64,000 nt of DNA from Macrostomum lignano (taxonomy: Eukaryota): positions 300,441-364,440 of the forward strand of contig NIVC01000691.1 in NCBI GenBank assembly GCA_002269645.1, in the 5' to 3' direction. The translations under genes and the position numbers were made by a program. A model generated the notes under the pieces. That model was not told where the DNA came from and made no database searches. It saw only the letters and a program-made list of their open reading frames with translations. Position 1 is the stretch's first letter. The number at the start of each line of letters is the position of its first letter. Positions 1 to 13,292 of this stretch are shown here, piece by piece.

Positions 1-660
1 CTAAGAATCAGGGGCTGCACTGCAGTTGTGTGCGGTTTCGTGTTCTGCTGGTTTCTAAGAATCAGGGGCTGCAGTTGTGTGCGGTTTCGTGTTCTGCTGG
101 TTTCTAAGAATCAGGGGCTGCAGTTGTGTGCGGTTTCGTGTTTTGCTGGTTTCTAAGAATCAGGGGCTGCACTGCAGTTGTGTGCGGTTTCGTGTTCTGC
201 TGGTTTCTAAGAATCAGGGGCTGCAGTTGTGTGCGGTTTCGTGTTCTGCTGGTTTCTAAGAATCAGGGGCTGCACTGCAGTTGTGTGCGGTTTCGTGTTC
301 TGCTGGTTTCTAAGAATCAGGGGCTGCAGTTGTGTGCGGTTTCGTGTTCTGCTGGTTTCTAAGAATCAGGGGCTGCAGTTGTGTGCGGTTTCGTGTTCTG
401 CTGGTTTCTAAGAATCAGGGGCTGCAGTTGTGTGCGGTTTCGTGTTCTGCTGGTTTCTAAGAATCAGGGGCTCAATGTGAATCTGTAAAGTTTCGTGTTC
501 TGCTGGTTTCTAAGAATCAGGGGCTGCACTGTGGATCTGTGCGGTTTCGTGTTCTGCTGGTTTCTAATAATCAGGGGCTGCACTGTGGATCAGTGCAGTT
601 TCGTGTTCTGCTGGTTTCTAAGAATCAGGGACTGCACTGTGGATCTGTGCAGTTTCATGA
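1..660. repeat. Minisatellite, 49-bp unit (54-bp variant with extra CTGCA), about 12 copies, upstream (presumably intronic) of the Lhx2/9 homeobox exon
   Basis: Tandem CTAAGAATCAGGGGCTGCAGTTGTGTGCGGTTTCGTGTTCTGCTGGTTT, degenerating after about 475; explains ORFs 77-833. Confidence 0.95.
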
Positions 661-1192
661 TCCGATGGTGTCCAAGTTGTGAATCTGCGCTGGTTTCCGG
701 GAAGCACATACGAAATTGTCTCTACAAGCTTTTGTGCAGGGCTGCTTTGAAACTTCAAACATTTTTCTTGTTTTTTTTCCAACTCACTTCATTCTCCACT
801 TCCCTCTCTACCTCACCCCTCAAGTGCCTATAAACCTGTTGAGCACTAAATCTTTTTGAGCTTCCTTTTCTGCTCGTTAGAGAATTTGTTGAGCCAATCT
901 GATCAGTGATATTTCATTACAGATGAAGAGGCTCTTGAATTGAAAAAATGCTCTCATGACCAAATGTATTAGATGATGCATTTCATAGACCTGACCGCCA
1001 TCTTGCATGTTTAGAATGTATCGAAAGCCTAAAGCTCCAGCAACAAGTTGAGAGGCATGATTCAATTGTTGTCGGGTCTCCCCATCTCTGTCTCAGCTGA
1101 GCATCACAAACTTTTTTTATTTACAGCTCGTAGCTTTACATTTTAAGCTTATTATCGAAATTAATAAAATGGCAATAAAACTTGGATTCCAG

Positions 1193-4100
1193 TGGAGGAC
1201 TTCGACCATCGCTCGGAGGAGTACAGCCTCAATAGTCCGCCAAGACAGAAGCGCATGCGAACTTCGTTCAAGCACCACCAGATTCGCACTATGAAAGCCT
1301 ACTTCGGTCTCAACCATAATCCAGATGCCAAAGATCTCAAACAGCTGGCTGAGAAGACTGGCCTATCGAAACGGGTGCTTCAGGTGAGGCTTTAAAATTT
1401 CTGCCCCCTTCCTAGCATTTAAAATTGTTTTTTAACTGCAATTAGGGGAACCATCTAGGGGAGGTCAGTGGGGTCAGATGCCCTTCTAGTGAATATGGGG
1501 GTCATACGAGCTATTCTCTCAAAAAATCTTGCCTCCATCGCAAAAAATTGGCGCTAAAATCTCACCGGCGGCTAGCGCTAAATTGGCGCTAAAATCTCAC
1601 CTGCGGCTAGCGCTAAATTGGCGCTAGAATCTCACCTGCGGCTAGCGCTAATTATTTGGTGCTAAAATCTCACCTGAGGCTAGCGCTAAATTGGCGCTAA
1701 AATCTCACCTGAAGCTAGCGCTAAATTGGCGCTAGAATCTCACCTGCGGCTAGCGCTAATTAATTTGTGCTAAAATCTCACCTGAGGCTAGCGCTAAATT
1801 GGCGCTAAAATCTAAATATACTAAATCCTATATACTAAAAATGGTCTGTCTGTGTCTATGTGATCGATTAGAGAAAAAATGGCTGGACCGATTTTGTTCG
1901 AACTTGCACTGTTCGATCAGAAATTTTCCCGTGACGGTACATGCATCGTGGCTAAGAAATTGCTCGATGCTAAAGGCATTAAATATTCGAAAAACATGCT
2001 TTTTTGCAAAGGTCAAGCAAACTTTTCGACTTGAAATGCATTGTAAGAATGCTAGAGAAAAAACTGACTGGTTGAATTCTGATTCTGAAATAGATTGCAT
2101 CATAACTGAATTGTAACTCAGTGTGGAAGCGTAGCACCAGACTTGATTTAAATTGCGTAACCATATTGTTAACTGATACTGACTGACTGAGAAACTGATT
2201 ATGTCATAACTGCTTCGTGTAATTTACTCTATGCTTGGATTTTAAAGTGTTGAATTATATAAGTGCAAAATTTGATGTTATCAAAACGATGAGAGCTAGC
2301 CTAGAGGTGAACAAACTGAACTGCTAAATGCAGTTTGGTTCGAATTGGTTCGAATTTTCATAGAGTATAATTTTTTTAATTAAAGCTTTTCAACATCAGG
2401 AAAACTAAAAGACTTTTTAAAAAGAAGCGTCATGTAAAAATCATAGAAGCGTCATGTAAACAATCATAGAAGCGTCATGTAAAAAATCGTAGAAGCGTCA
2501 TTTAAAAATCATAGAAGCGTTATCTAAAAAAATCATAGAAGCGTAATTTAAAAAAATCATAGAAGCGTCATGTAAACAATCATAGAAGCGTCATGTAAAC
2601 AATCATAGAAGCGTCATAAAAACAATCATAGAAGCGTCATGTAAAAAATCATAGAAGCGTCATGTAAACAATCATAGAAGCGTCATGTAAACAATCATAG
2701 AAGCGTCATGTAAAAAATCATAGATGCGTCATGTAAAAAATCATAGAAGCGTCATTAAAAAATCATAGAAGCGTCATTTAAAAAATCATACAAGCGTCAT
2801 GTAAACAATCATAGAAGCGTCATGTAAAAAATCATAGAAGCGTCATATAAAAATCATAGAAGCGTCATGTAAAAAATCATAGAAGCGTCATGTAAAAAAT
2901 CATAGAAGCGTCATGTAAACAATCATAGAAGCGTCATGTAAAAAATCATAGAAGCGTCATATAAAAATCATAGATGCGTCGTTTAAAAAGTCATAGAAGC
3001 GTCATGTAAAAAATCATAGAAGCGTCATTAAAAAATCGTAGAAGCGTCTTTTAAAAAATCATAGAAGCGTCATATAAAAATCGTAGAAGCGTCATGTAAA
3101 AAATCATAGAAGCGTCATGTAAACAATCATAGAAGCGTCATGTAAAAAATCATAGAAGCGTCATAAAAACAATCATAGAAGCGTCATATAAAAATCGTAG
3201 AAGCGTCATGTAAACAATCATAGAAGCGTCAAGTAAAAAATCATAGAAGCGTCATGTAAACAATCATAGAAGCGTCATGTAAAAAATCGTAGAAGCGTCA
3301 TATAAAAATCATAGAAGCGTCATTTAAAAAATCATAGAAGCGTCATGTAAAAAATCATAGAAGCGTCATTAAAAAATCGTAGAAGCGTCTTTTAAAAAAT
3401 CATAGAAGCGTCATATAAAAATCGTAGAAGCGTCATGTAAACAATCATAGAAGCGTCATGTAAACAATCATAGAAGCGTCATGTAAAAAATCATAGAAGC
3501 GTCATAAAAACAATCATAGAAGCGTCATATAAAAATCGTAGAAGCGTCATGTAAACAATCATAGAAGCGTCAAGTAAAAAATCATAGAAGCGTCATGTAA
3601 ACAATCATAGAAGCGTCATGTAAAAATCGTAGAAGCGTCATATAAAAATCATAGAAGCGTCATTTAAAAAATCATAGAAGCGTCATGTAAAAAATCATAG
3701 AAGCGTCATGTAAACAATCATAGAAGCGTCATTTAAAAAATCATAGAAGCGTCATATAAAAATCGCAGAAGCGTCATGTAAACAATCATAGAAGCGTCAT
3801 TTAAAAAATCATAGAAGCGTCATGTAAACAATCATAGAAGCGTCATGTAAACAATCATAGAAGCGTCATGTAAACAATCATAGAAGCGTCATGTAAAAAA
3901 TCATAGAAGTGTCATGTAAACAATCATAGAAGCGTCATGTAAACAAACATAGAAGCGTCATGTAAACAATCATAGAAGCGTCATGTAAAAAATCGTAGAA
4001 GCGTCATGTAAACAATCATAGAAGCGTCATGTAAACAATCATAGAAGCGTCATGTAAACAATCATAGAAGCGTCATGTAAAAAATCGTAGAAGCGTCATG

Positions 4101-7100
4101 TAAACAATCATAGAAGCGTCATGTAAAAAATCGTAGAAGCGTCATGTAAACAATCATAGAAGCGTTATGTAAAAATCATAGAAGCGTCATGTAAGCAATC
4201 ATAGAAGCGTCAAGTAAACAATCATAGAAGCGTCATGTAAACAATCATAGAAACGTCATATAAATCATAGAAGCGTCATGTAAACAATCATAGAAGCGTC
4301 ATGTAAAAATCGTAGAAGCGTCATGTAAACAATCATAGAAGCGTCATGTAAAAAATCGTAGAAGCGTCATGTAAACAATCATAGAAGCGTCATGTAAAAA
4401 ATCATAGAAGCGTCATGTAAACAATCATAGAAGCGTCATGTAAAAAATCATAGAAGCGTCATGTAAACAATCATAGAAGCGTCATGTAAACAAACATAGA
4501 AGCGTCATGTAAACAATCATAGAAGCGTCATGTAAAAAATCGTAGAAGCGTCATGTAAACAATCATAGAAGCGTCATGTAAACAATCATAGAAGCGTCAT
4601 GTAAACAATCATAGAAGCGTCATGTAAAAAATCGTAGAAGCGTCATGTAAAAATCATAGAAGCGTCATGTAAAAAATCGTAGAAGCGTCATGTAAACAAT
4701 CATAGAAGCGTTATGTAAAAAATCATAGAAGCGTCATGTAAGCAATCATAGAAGCGTCATGTAAACAATCATAGAAGCGTCATGTAAACAATCATAGAAA
4801 CGTCATATAAAAATCATAGAAGCGTCATGTAAAAATCATAGAAGCGTCATTTAAAAATCATAGAAGCGTCATGTAAACAATCATAGAAGCGTCATGTAAA
4901 AATCGTAGAAGCGTCATGTAAACAATCATAGAAGCGTCATGTAAAAAATCGTAGAAGCGTCATGTAAACAATCATAGAAGCGTCATGTAAAAAATCATAG
5001 AAGCGTCATGTAAGCAATCATAGAAGCGTCATGTAAACAATCATAGAAGCGTCATGTAAACAATTATAGAAACGTCATATAAAAATCATAGAAGCATCAT
5101 GTAAAAATCATAGAAGCGTCAAGAAAAAATCATAGAAGCCTCATTTAAAACTAATGAAAGTGTCATTTAAAAAATTAGGAAGCGTCATGGTAGAATAAAA
5201 GAAACGTCATGTCAGACATGAAGGGTTCATGTAAAAATTAAATGCAACTATAATGCTGTGCTGGGGAGAAAAACTGAGACGTAAAGGCTCTCAGAGAATA
5301 ACTGAGATTACGGGGGGGGGTTTCTGAGATGTCAAAGCAAAAGTCAGAAGCTACTTCAAAGTTCATGTACTTTACTCCATTTTTTATTGCATTCTTTGTT
5401 GGCTCGTCACGGGGGGGGCGCTGATAGAAGAAGAGTCATGTAAAAAATAAAAGTAGCACTATGTATACATAAAAGAAAAGTCATGTCGAAGTTAAAAGAT
5501 TCATTTGGGAATTGCTACGATGTCAAAGCTAGGTGGAAATCGTTATAGTGCTGTGATTCTTAAAGAAGGAATCACTAAAATGTCAAGGCTTAGGGGAGAA
5601 GAATTGCTGAGATTTCAAGGCTTTAGGTTGGGTTAAAGTTAGGTTTAGGTCAGGTGTGGGTTGAGGGTTATATTTTATCGGGTTTCAAGGTTAGCAGGGG
5701 ATTTTTCAGATTTCAAGGTTTATGGGGGCCATCGCTGACATGTTAAGGCTTACGGGGGGAATAGCTGAGATGTCAAGGCTCACGGGGGTATAAATGAGAT
5801 TTCAAGGCTAAAGTCAGAAGCTACACGTTGTAGTTTATTGAAAACTTTTTATTACATTATTTGATGCCTCCTCAGGGGAGGGATCGCTGATAAAAAAGCG
5901 TAATGTAAAAAATAAAAGAAGCTTCATGTCAAAGTTAAGAGATTCATTTGGGAATCCCTACGATGTTGAGGCTTGCAAGGAATCGCTATAATGCTGTAGT
6001 AGTGCTATAATGACTCTTAGAGAGAATTACTGAAATTTCAATGCTTTAGGGTTAGGGTTAGGGTTAGGGTTAGGCTAGGGTTAGGGTTAGAAGGTTGACA
6101 GATATTTTTAGATTTCCAAGGCTTATTGGGGGCATTGCTGAGATGTCAAGGGGGGAAGTTGATATGTTAAAGCTTGTGGGGGGGGGAATTACTGACATGT
6201 CAAGGCTTACAAGGTTTGACAGGAGATTTTTTAAGATTTCAAGGATACATGTAGCTTATTAAAAAAACGTGTATTGCATTTCTTTGGCTCCCCAACGGGG
6301 GGCGTAGATTGCTAGTCTCACCTGAAGCTAGCGCTAAATTGGCGCTAAAATCTCACCTGCGGCTAGCGCTAATTAATTGGTGCTAAAATCTCACCTGAGG
6401 CTAGCGCTAAATTGGCGCTAAAATCTCACCTGAAGCTAGCGCTAAATTGGCGCTAAAATCTCACCTGCGGCTAGCGCTAATTAATTGGTGCTAAAATCTC
6501 ACCTGAGGCTAGCGCTAAATTGGCGCTAAAATCTCACCTGAAGCTAGCGCTAAATTGGCGCTAAAATCTCACCTGAAGCTAGCGCTAATTTGGCGCTAAA
6601 ATCTCACCCGAGGCTAGCGCTAGTTAATTGGCGCTAAAATCTCACTTGTGATGCTAAAATGGCCTACAAATATCACGGCTTAAGTCATATTCTACAAAAA
6701 AAAGTTTTAATTTTCAATGCATAAACTTCGCTCATTAGTTGCCTCGCCTAAGCCACTGACTCTTCAACTCACCCATACCTCACACTCGCACTCAGAAGCA
6801 CCCCAGAGGCCCAAGTGCCGGTGGCTCAGACCATGTCAGTGGGCACACCAGACTCTCTCCTGTTCGCCTCCAGTAAGCCAGTTAATTGGACATTGCACGC
6901 AACATTTCTCTGCTTGACTCTCTTCATCTTGAGAGATTTTCTACCTTTTTGCTTTGTCTTATCTTTCTATCGATTTCGTAGCGGCGGGAACTGCAGATCG
7001 ATTTGGTTGATTAATCAATACCTGGGAGATTAGCAGGTAAATCCTGAAAAAACGAGCACTTTTTTCTGCTATAAAGTCGCTGCTAGTCTGTTGGAAATCT

Positions 7101-7943
7101 TCTCCAGAGCTTGTGAGTCACGTGACTATACAGATAATTCGAAAATGCACGCAAAATCAGAAATTACATATTTAAGACAGTGTTCGAATCGCTTTTTGCT
7201 TGCATTTTGCAAAAAATGGTGAGCAAAGTTAAGCAGGATTTGGTCACGGTTAGAAAGCTCAAATTATTAAATACGATGCATGTTCAGTGACAAATTAATT
7301 TGAAGTCCAGCTTATTCAGATTATTCCACATAATCTGATTCTTATTCTTATTCCACACTCACATTGTCCACTCTCCCAATGTCCACTCTCACATTGTCTA
7401 CTCTCACATTGTCAACTCTCACATTGTCCACTCTCACATTGTCAACTCTCACATTGTCTACACTCGCATTGTCCACTCTCACGATGTCACTCTCACATCG
7501 TCCACTCTCACACTGTCCACACTCGCATTGTTCACTCTCACATTGTCCACACTCACATTTCCACTCTCACATTGTCTCTCCCACAACAGGTCTGGTTTCA
7601 AAACGCCAGAGCCAAGTTCCGTCGCAGTCTGCTGAGACAGGAGGTGACGCCAGGTAATCCGGACTCTACTTCTGCTGCCGCTGTGGCCGCCGCCGCCGCC
7701 GCCGCCGCCGCCGCCTCCGACTGCCCAGCAGAGGCCGCAGACGAGTCTGCCACCGTTGGCGTAGCCGACCTGGACCTTCTGGCTGCCAGCAGAGTCGACT
7801 CCATCTCGGACACTAGCTCCGATTACCTGGAGCTTCGCCTGACGAATGGCGCAGCCGAATACTCTGACTCGGTGCTCGACGACAACTCGAGCTCGGCGAT
7901 GCAGCCTGCAGATGCCTGCTGCTCGTCAGGGCTATCGAGCTGA
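1193..7943 (+). CDS. LHX2/9: LIM-homeobox protein Lhx2/9 (apterous class), last two coding exons: 1193-1383 and 7590-7943; LIM-domain exons presumably lie upstream of the window
   Basis: Spliced homeodomain KRMRTSFKHHQIRTMKAYFGLNHNPDAKDLKQLAEKTGLSKRVLQ|VWFQNARAKFRR is near-identical to Lhx2/Lhx9. AG at 1191-92, GT at 1384, AG at 7588-89, phase-0 intron at the conserved LQ|VWFQN position, poly-Ala tail, TGA at 7941-43. Confidence 0.95.
1547..1810. repeat. 35-bp tandem repeat (AAATTGGCGCTAAAATCTCACCTGCGGCTAGCGCT), left half of an array split by the Helitron
   Basis: The same unit resumes at 6316-6650 exactly in register. Confidence 0.9.
2422..5145. repeat. 23-bp minisatellite (ATCATAGAAGCGTCATGTAAACA), about 118 copies, inside the Helitron
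   Basis: Direct tandem units; variant patterns recur in higher-order blocks (e.g. 3001-3060 vs about 3345-3400). Confidence 0.97.
6046..6090 (+). repeat. Interstitial (TTAGGG)n telomere-like tract, about 7 units
   Basis: TTAGGG x4, TTAGGC, TAGGG, TTAGGG, TTAG; degenerate counterpart at about 5623-5670. Confidence 0.85.
6316..6650. repeat. 35-bp tandem repeat, right half of the Helitron-split array
   Basis: Same unit as 1547-1810. Confidence 0.9.
7345..7578. repeat. 15-bp minisatellite (CACTCTCACATTGTC) running into the Lhx2/9 splice acceptor
   Basis: About 15 degenerate copies ending about 10 nt before the AG at 7588-89; explains the TLTLS-repeat ORF. Confidence 0.9.
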
Positions 7944-8073
7944 GCAGCACATCGAGCAGTCAGACACTGTTTACACTCTGTTTTGGTGATACTTTACTGT
8001 TTGTAGTCTCTTCCAAACTCGTTTCATTGACTATCTGATTTTTTTTCTATCGGCCTAGAGAATTAAGAAGCAG

Positions 8074-8490
8074 TTGCTTCTTGCACGGGTCTCTTCTGTC
8101 AAGCCGTCATGTCTTGCACGGGTCTCTTCTTTCAAGCAGTCATGTCTTGCACGGGTCTCTTCTATCAAGCACTTATGTCTTGCACGGGTCTTTTCTATCA
8201 AGCAGTCATGTCTTGCACGGGTCTTTTCTATCAAGCAGTCATGTCTTGCACGGGTCTCTTCTATCAAGCAGTCATGTCTTGCACGGGTCTCTTCTGTCAA
8301 GCAGTCATGTCTTGCACGGGTCTCTTCTATCAAGCAGTCATGTCTTGCACGGGTATCTTCTGTCAAGCAGTCATGTCTTGCACGGGTATCTTCTGTCAAG
8401 CAGTCATGTCTTGCACGGATCTCTTCTATCAAGCAGTCATGTCTTGCACGGGTCTCTTTTATCAAGCAGTCATGTCTTGCACGGGTATCT
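8074..8490. repeat. 33-bp minisatellite (CAAGCAGTCATGTCTTGCACGGGTCTCTTCTAT), about 12.5 copies, just 3' of the Lhx2/9 stop
   Basis: Tandem units; explains 11-aa periodic ORFs on both strands. Confidence 0.95.
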
Positions 8491-11400
8491 TTATTTACTC
8501 GCTTTTGTCGTACTCAATTAAGTTTTTGTGTAGTGCTGATTAAAAAAATTATATAATGGATGCTTTACCCAGCCACTGCTACAAGAGTCCATCGGTTTCT
8601 CTGTCGTACTCAACTTACCACTCGAACAATATCAATCATAACCGTGCATAGCTCTAAACTAGCGCGCCGGCAGCAGATGCACCCAAGGACAATTCGAAAT
8701 AAATTCGATTCTCTCTCTATAGCTGTACCGCAGTTGCCAATGCACTAGCTATTGAACCAATATTGCACCCTGGCACCACATTTTGCACCTTCTGTAATTA
8801 CTTGTTAATTAGCACAATTAGGAACTACATTATCTATCTAGCCGCAGTTTATTAGCTCAGCAACAATACTACACGGGGATTTCTAAGATTCAGCCTGAAA
8901 TGAACTTATTAGGAACCAAGTGACTGTTTTGCTTAAATGACTTAGTTTTTATTAGTTCAGTGCAAAATTGGTTTCCAATTGAGTTAGCTATTGAAATACA
9001 TATATATCTGTGCATCGAATGTAAATATTGGACTGTGGCTAGTTATATAAAGAAACGAATTTGATCAAAAAATTTATTCTTTGCTTTTGTTGCTTTTAAA
9101 AGCCGGATTGTTAGAAGCCAATAAAACTCTTAAAAATCTTTACAGTTAAATCCACCAAGAAACTGTCAGGGAAACCGCTGGTGAAAAACTTACACAGGAA
9201 AACATTTAACTCGAGTGAGTCTAGTCATCGAACTCAAGGGTTCCCTCTGGTTGAGAAGTGGCCAATGGCAGCTCAAGAGTTCCAAGATTTGCCGCCGCGC
9301 ACTGAAGAACTGATGGTGGCATCCCGCTGTGCCAGCGCCATTCAAGATGAAGAATGCAGAATTAATGGCAAAAAAAGATTGAGCCGGAGAAACATCGCAG
9401 ATGAAAACATCCTCTTGACGCTGCGTGCTTCGATTTGAAATCCGACACCAGCAGTTCCACCGGCTTCTGGGTGACAGTTCAGCTCACAGTAGGCCTCTCC
9501 ACTGGACTCCGGTTTCCTCTCGAGTCCGCCTGGCTAATCCTATTGTTAAGCCTTGTTGATATAAGAGGTCGCCGTTGCATGACGTCATTTGATCCGTTTT
9601 GACTCGGCCTCTCCTTGGTCGGTGCTGGGGCCCAAGGTTGCCGATATCATTAGACACACAGTTACCTGAGTAGACATTTAGGCACTGGCTTGTTGCTAAA
9701 ATATTTTATTTATGTAGATACCTGCTTAAACACATAGTTTCACAAGTCCTAAAATTAGAACTCAAAATGTATGCTCTTGATTTTATGGGCTGCATTGTCT
9801 TAGACATAAACCACAGGGATACATCATTTTCTTTTGCTTTCTAAGAAACATGACATCAAGCCTGACTTAATGGTCCAAGCAAAAACTGATTTCAAAGCTA
9901 CTAACTCCCATCTGTTGTGGTTCTACAAGTTGAAACAGACGCCATCGCAGTCTCATCCAGTTGCAATTCGTAAATGACTGCATAGAAACTTTTTAATTAG
10001 TGAAAAAGGCATCTTCAACTACAGGCCTACCTACTGTGGCAGGGTCGCCAAAAAGCATACAATCAGCGGGGACGCACAACTCGATACAGACACCCCCCAA
10101 AGTGATCTGTCTGACTGCTTGGGAACAGCCAATCCCCCTGTTTTGTAACGAACAGCCTCCGAAAATGCCAGGTCAGTGCAGCTGCGCAAGTTGCGCCAGA
10201 TTTGCGAAGCTGTGCTAACGAGCAAAAAGCGATCGATGTAGAAAACCGGTTTAAGAAGACGACACCGAAGGTGCAAAAATATGGCTTTAGTGTCGCATAT
10301 TGCAGATACAACACCGAATCAGTTGAATTTATACGCTATAGCCCATACAGTTTCTGTTGTTGAAATTTTTTTCTCGCGAATCTTGAAAAGCTAAAAAGCA
10401 GATATTCATTCATGCATGGGATCCCGCTCTAGAAGATCTGTAGGACAGTGGGGAAAAAGTTTTTTGAACGCATCTTATGGGATTGCATAATCTATCTGGC
10501 TACCTGTCCCTCAGACCCACTCAGCAGCTCCCGGCTCTGTTCACTTCTCTCTGGGCATCCCTACTGCAAAGAATCAGGCCACAATAAGTGGCCTCGTTAA
10601 TCCGTAACAAGGCTAAAAGACAACTGTGTGTCTTCGCGGGGGTGCTTTTCCGATGTCTTCACCCAAAGATATTCATTTTATTCCCATGCATCCACATATT
10701 GACTTTGACTGGAACATTTTTCTCTTCTAAGAATCAGATCCGTCTCACTCGCCCCACCTTTTTTATACCTCGAGGGCAGGTAGCGAGCCCTGTTCCGGCA
10801 TTACTGTGGCTCATTTATTCGCTGGTTCGAGTTGGATCAGACAGACGGACTGACAGACTAAGATTCCCTGTGCTTCTCCTTATCTGGGGAAGGACATCAC
10901 AGAAGGATTAATCCATGATGAAAAAAATTATCTTCACATATTTCTCTCTCTCCCATTTGTCTTTGACTGACTATGGCTAAAGTGAATAAGATTAGTTCCG
11001 GAACTGTAATAGGGACTTAGACTTAGCTCTAGATAGCATTTTGACTTTCTGCCTCCGGGGCTAAGAACCATTAGCCAGTCAGTGGCTGCTGTGCTGGCAT
11101 CCCTATTTGTGCTGATGTCTATGATCAAATTATCTACTTGGTTTTCTTAACTATCAACTTGGCTGACAAAAGCAATAGTATTCTTTTGAGTATGTAAGCT
11201 GACAATATCCGTTCCCGCCGGGATGGTCATCAGGACTGTCCATAGACTATAGCTGCCCCCATACAGTTGACTGGGCTGTACATTGCACTGTACATTGCTT
11301 ATTGCTTATCAACTCATTTCATTACTTTTACCATAGACAATCCAGAGTGAAACGAAAAACTGTCTAAATAAAAACTTTAAATGGTTTCCATTTACATAAG

Positions 11401-12774
11401 AATGCTTTAAATAGGAAAATGAAAAACGAAAATTTAATATGCATGTCGGTTTTCTTGAAAATAGACTGAGAAAGTTGTTAAGGCTTTATACGCAATTTGA
11501 AGCGCATGACAGTTTCAATTTCTTTATGGAATTCAAAATATTTGCCTAAAGTAGAAGTATTTTATATATTTATATCCAGGCTCGCAAAGCAAGTAATTAG
11601 AGCTTTCAAAAGATGCCTGTAAACTGTACAGGAGAAAGCCCTAATTACATCGTCAGCAATCCAGCCAAGGCGGCTCGCTGTGAACATTGGACTCATTTTA
11701 ACGCAAAAATTACAACATTTAGATTGTTGTCATGCATGTAGAAAAGAAAGTTTTTTAATGGGGTACAACTACCTAATTAAAGCTCAATAATTAGCGCGCC
11801 AAGCCAACAGGAGTTGGCTACACAGCATATTTTAATCTGTTTGCTGTAGCCGTATGCGAATGTTTGCTCGTCTCAGACGCCCAAGCGGCCAGACAATGCG
11901 ACGCCTCCGAAGTGTCCACAGGCGCACCTTGCAAGCTAAATGTAATTGGCGGGCGCCTCGGTGTCCGCCGCCTGATCACCTGGCATGAACTGATGCAGAA
12001 AAATTACACGGAAAAACTCTCTAAAGATGATTAGATTTTTCCTTTCAAAACTTTTTCAAAATCAGTCGAGCAACAACAAATTTAGCTAAAGCTGGTTTGT
12101 TTTATCGGAGACAAAACACCGGAGAAGCAGTCGATAATAGTGGCGCCATCTGCCCACCCTGTCGCCATACGACGCCTGATAATTTAATGGAGCGATTCCA
12201 ATCTCCTTAGTTGCAGTATAGACTTTCAATGAATCAGCATCATTCCCCGACTTCATAGATAGGCAACACCTCCCGGCAGGTCTTCATCAATGCTAGCCAT
12301 ATAGCTACCTGTTGAGGTGCCTCTCTTTGATTTTTATCGTTTCTCCTTAACAACGAGAAAGAGGAAACCAGCGGTCAGTTACTAAAAAAATCCGAGGATC
12401 CTTAGCTTCTTGCGTCCCTTCAATATCTGCTGTTCTAATCTTAGGGACCGAGGACAGAAGCTTTTAGGGGTAGAACAATCACCTGCTTATCTGATGTCCC
12501 CTGCGGCATGCGGAATAGCACCGACCTTATCTAAGGAAAACTTATCTAAGTCATGCTGCCAAGAGTATAATTGAGGATATTTTTTACAGAACTTTACTAA
12601 CAGCAAGATTTGCAGAATTCATTATTTTTTAAAACTTAAAGATTTTAACTTTCAAAAAGAGGTGCGCTTTTACATTTTACAGAGCCGTTCCTGCCTAACA
12701 TGGCCAGAATAACAGTAGCCGCAGTTCTTTTTATGCGGAAATGAAACTGCACTAGTACACACATTCTTGAGTTT

Positions 12775-13292
12775 TGAGACTCATTAGCTTCAGAGTCGGG
12801 ACTCATTAGCTACAGGATCGGGAATCATTAGCTTCAGCATCGGGACTCATTAGCTTCAGCATCGGGACTCATAGCTTCAGAATCGGGACTCATTAGCTTC
12901 AGAATCGGGACTCATTAGCTTCAGCATCGGGACTCATTAGCTTCTAAATCCGGACTCATTAGCTTCTGGATCGGGACTCATTAGCTTCAGCATCGGGACT
13001 CATTAGCTTCAGCATCGGGACTCATTAGCTTCAGCATCGGGACTCATTAGCTTCAGCATCGGGACTCATTAGCTTCAGCATCGGGACTCATTAGCTTCAG
13101 CATCGGGACTCATTAGCTTATAAATCCGGACTCATTAGCTTCTGGATCGGGACTCATTAGCTTCAGCATCGGGACTCATTAGCTTCAGCATCGGGACTCA
13201 TTAGCTTCTGGATCCGGACTCATTAGCTTCTGGATCGGGACTCATTAGCTTCAGCATGGGGACTCATTAGCTTCAGCATCGGGACTCATTAC
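12775..13292. repeat. 22-bp minisatellite (GGGACTCATTAGCTTCAGCATC), about 23 copies
   Basis: Direct tandem units. Confidence 0.95.

Larger units (their letters stand above)
1811..6315 (+). mobile_element. Non-autonomous Helitron (4505 bp) in the Lhx2/9 intron
   Basis: 5' TC (TCTAAATATAC...), 3' CTAG, GC hairpin GCTCCCC-AAC-GGGGGGC at 6287-6303 eight nt before CTAG, inserted between A and T of the host repeat (GGCGCTAAAA|TCTCACC) with no TSD; no Rep/Hel ORF. Confidence 0.85.

Noticed and set aside
77-833. Cys-rich ORFs
   Set aside because: Translation of the 49/54-bp minisatellite.
8055-8556. Four overlapping 136-160 aa ORFs with 11-aa periodicity
   Set aside because: Products of a stop-poor 33-bp repeat open in several frames on both strands.
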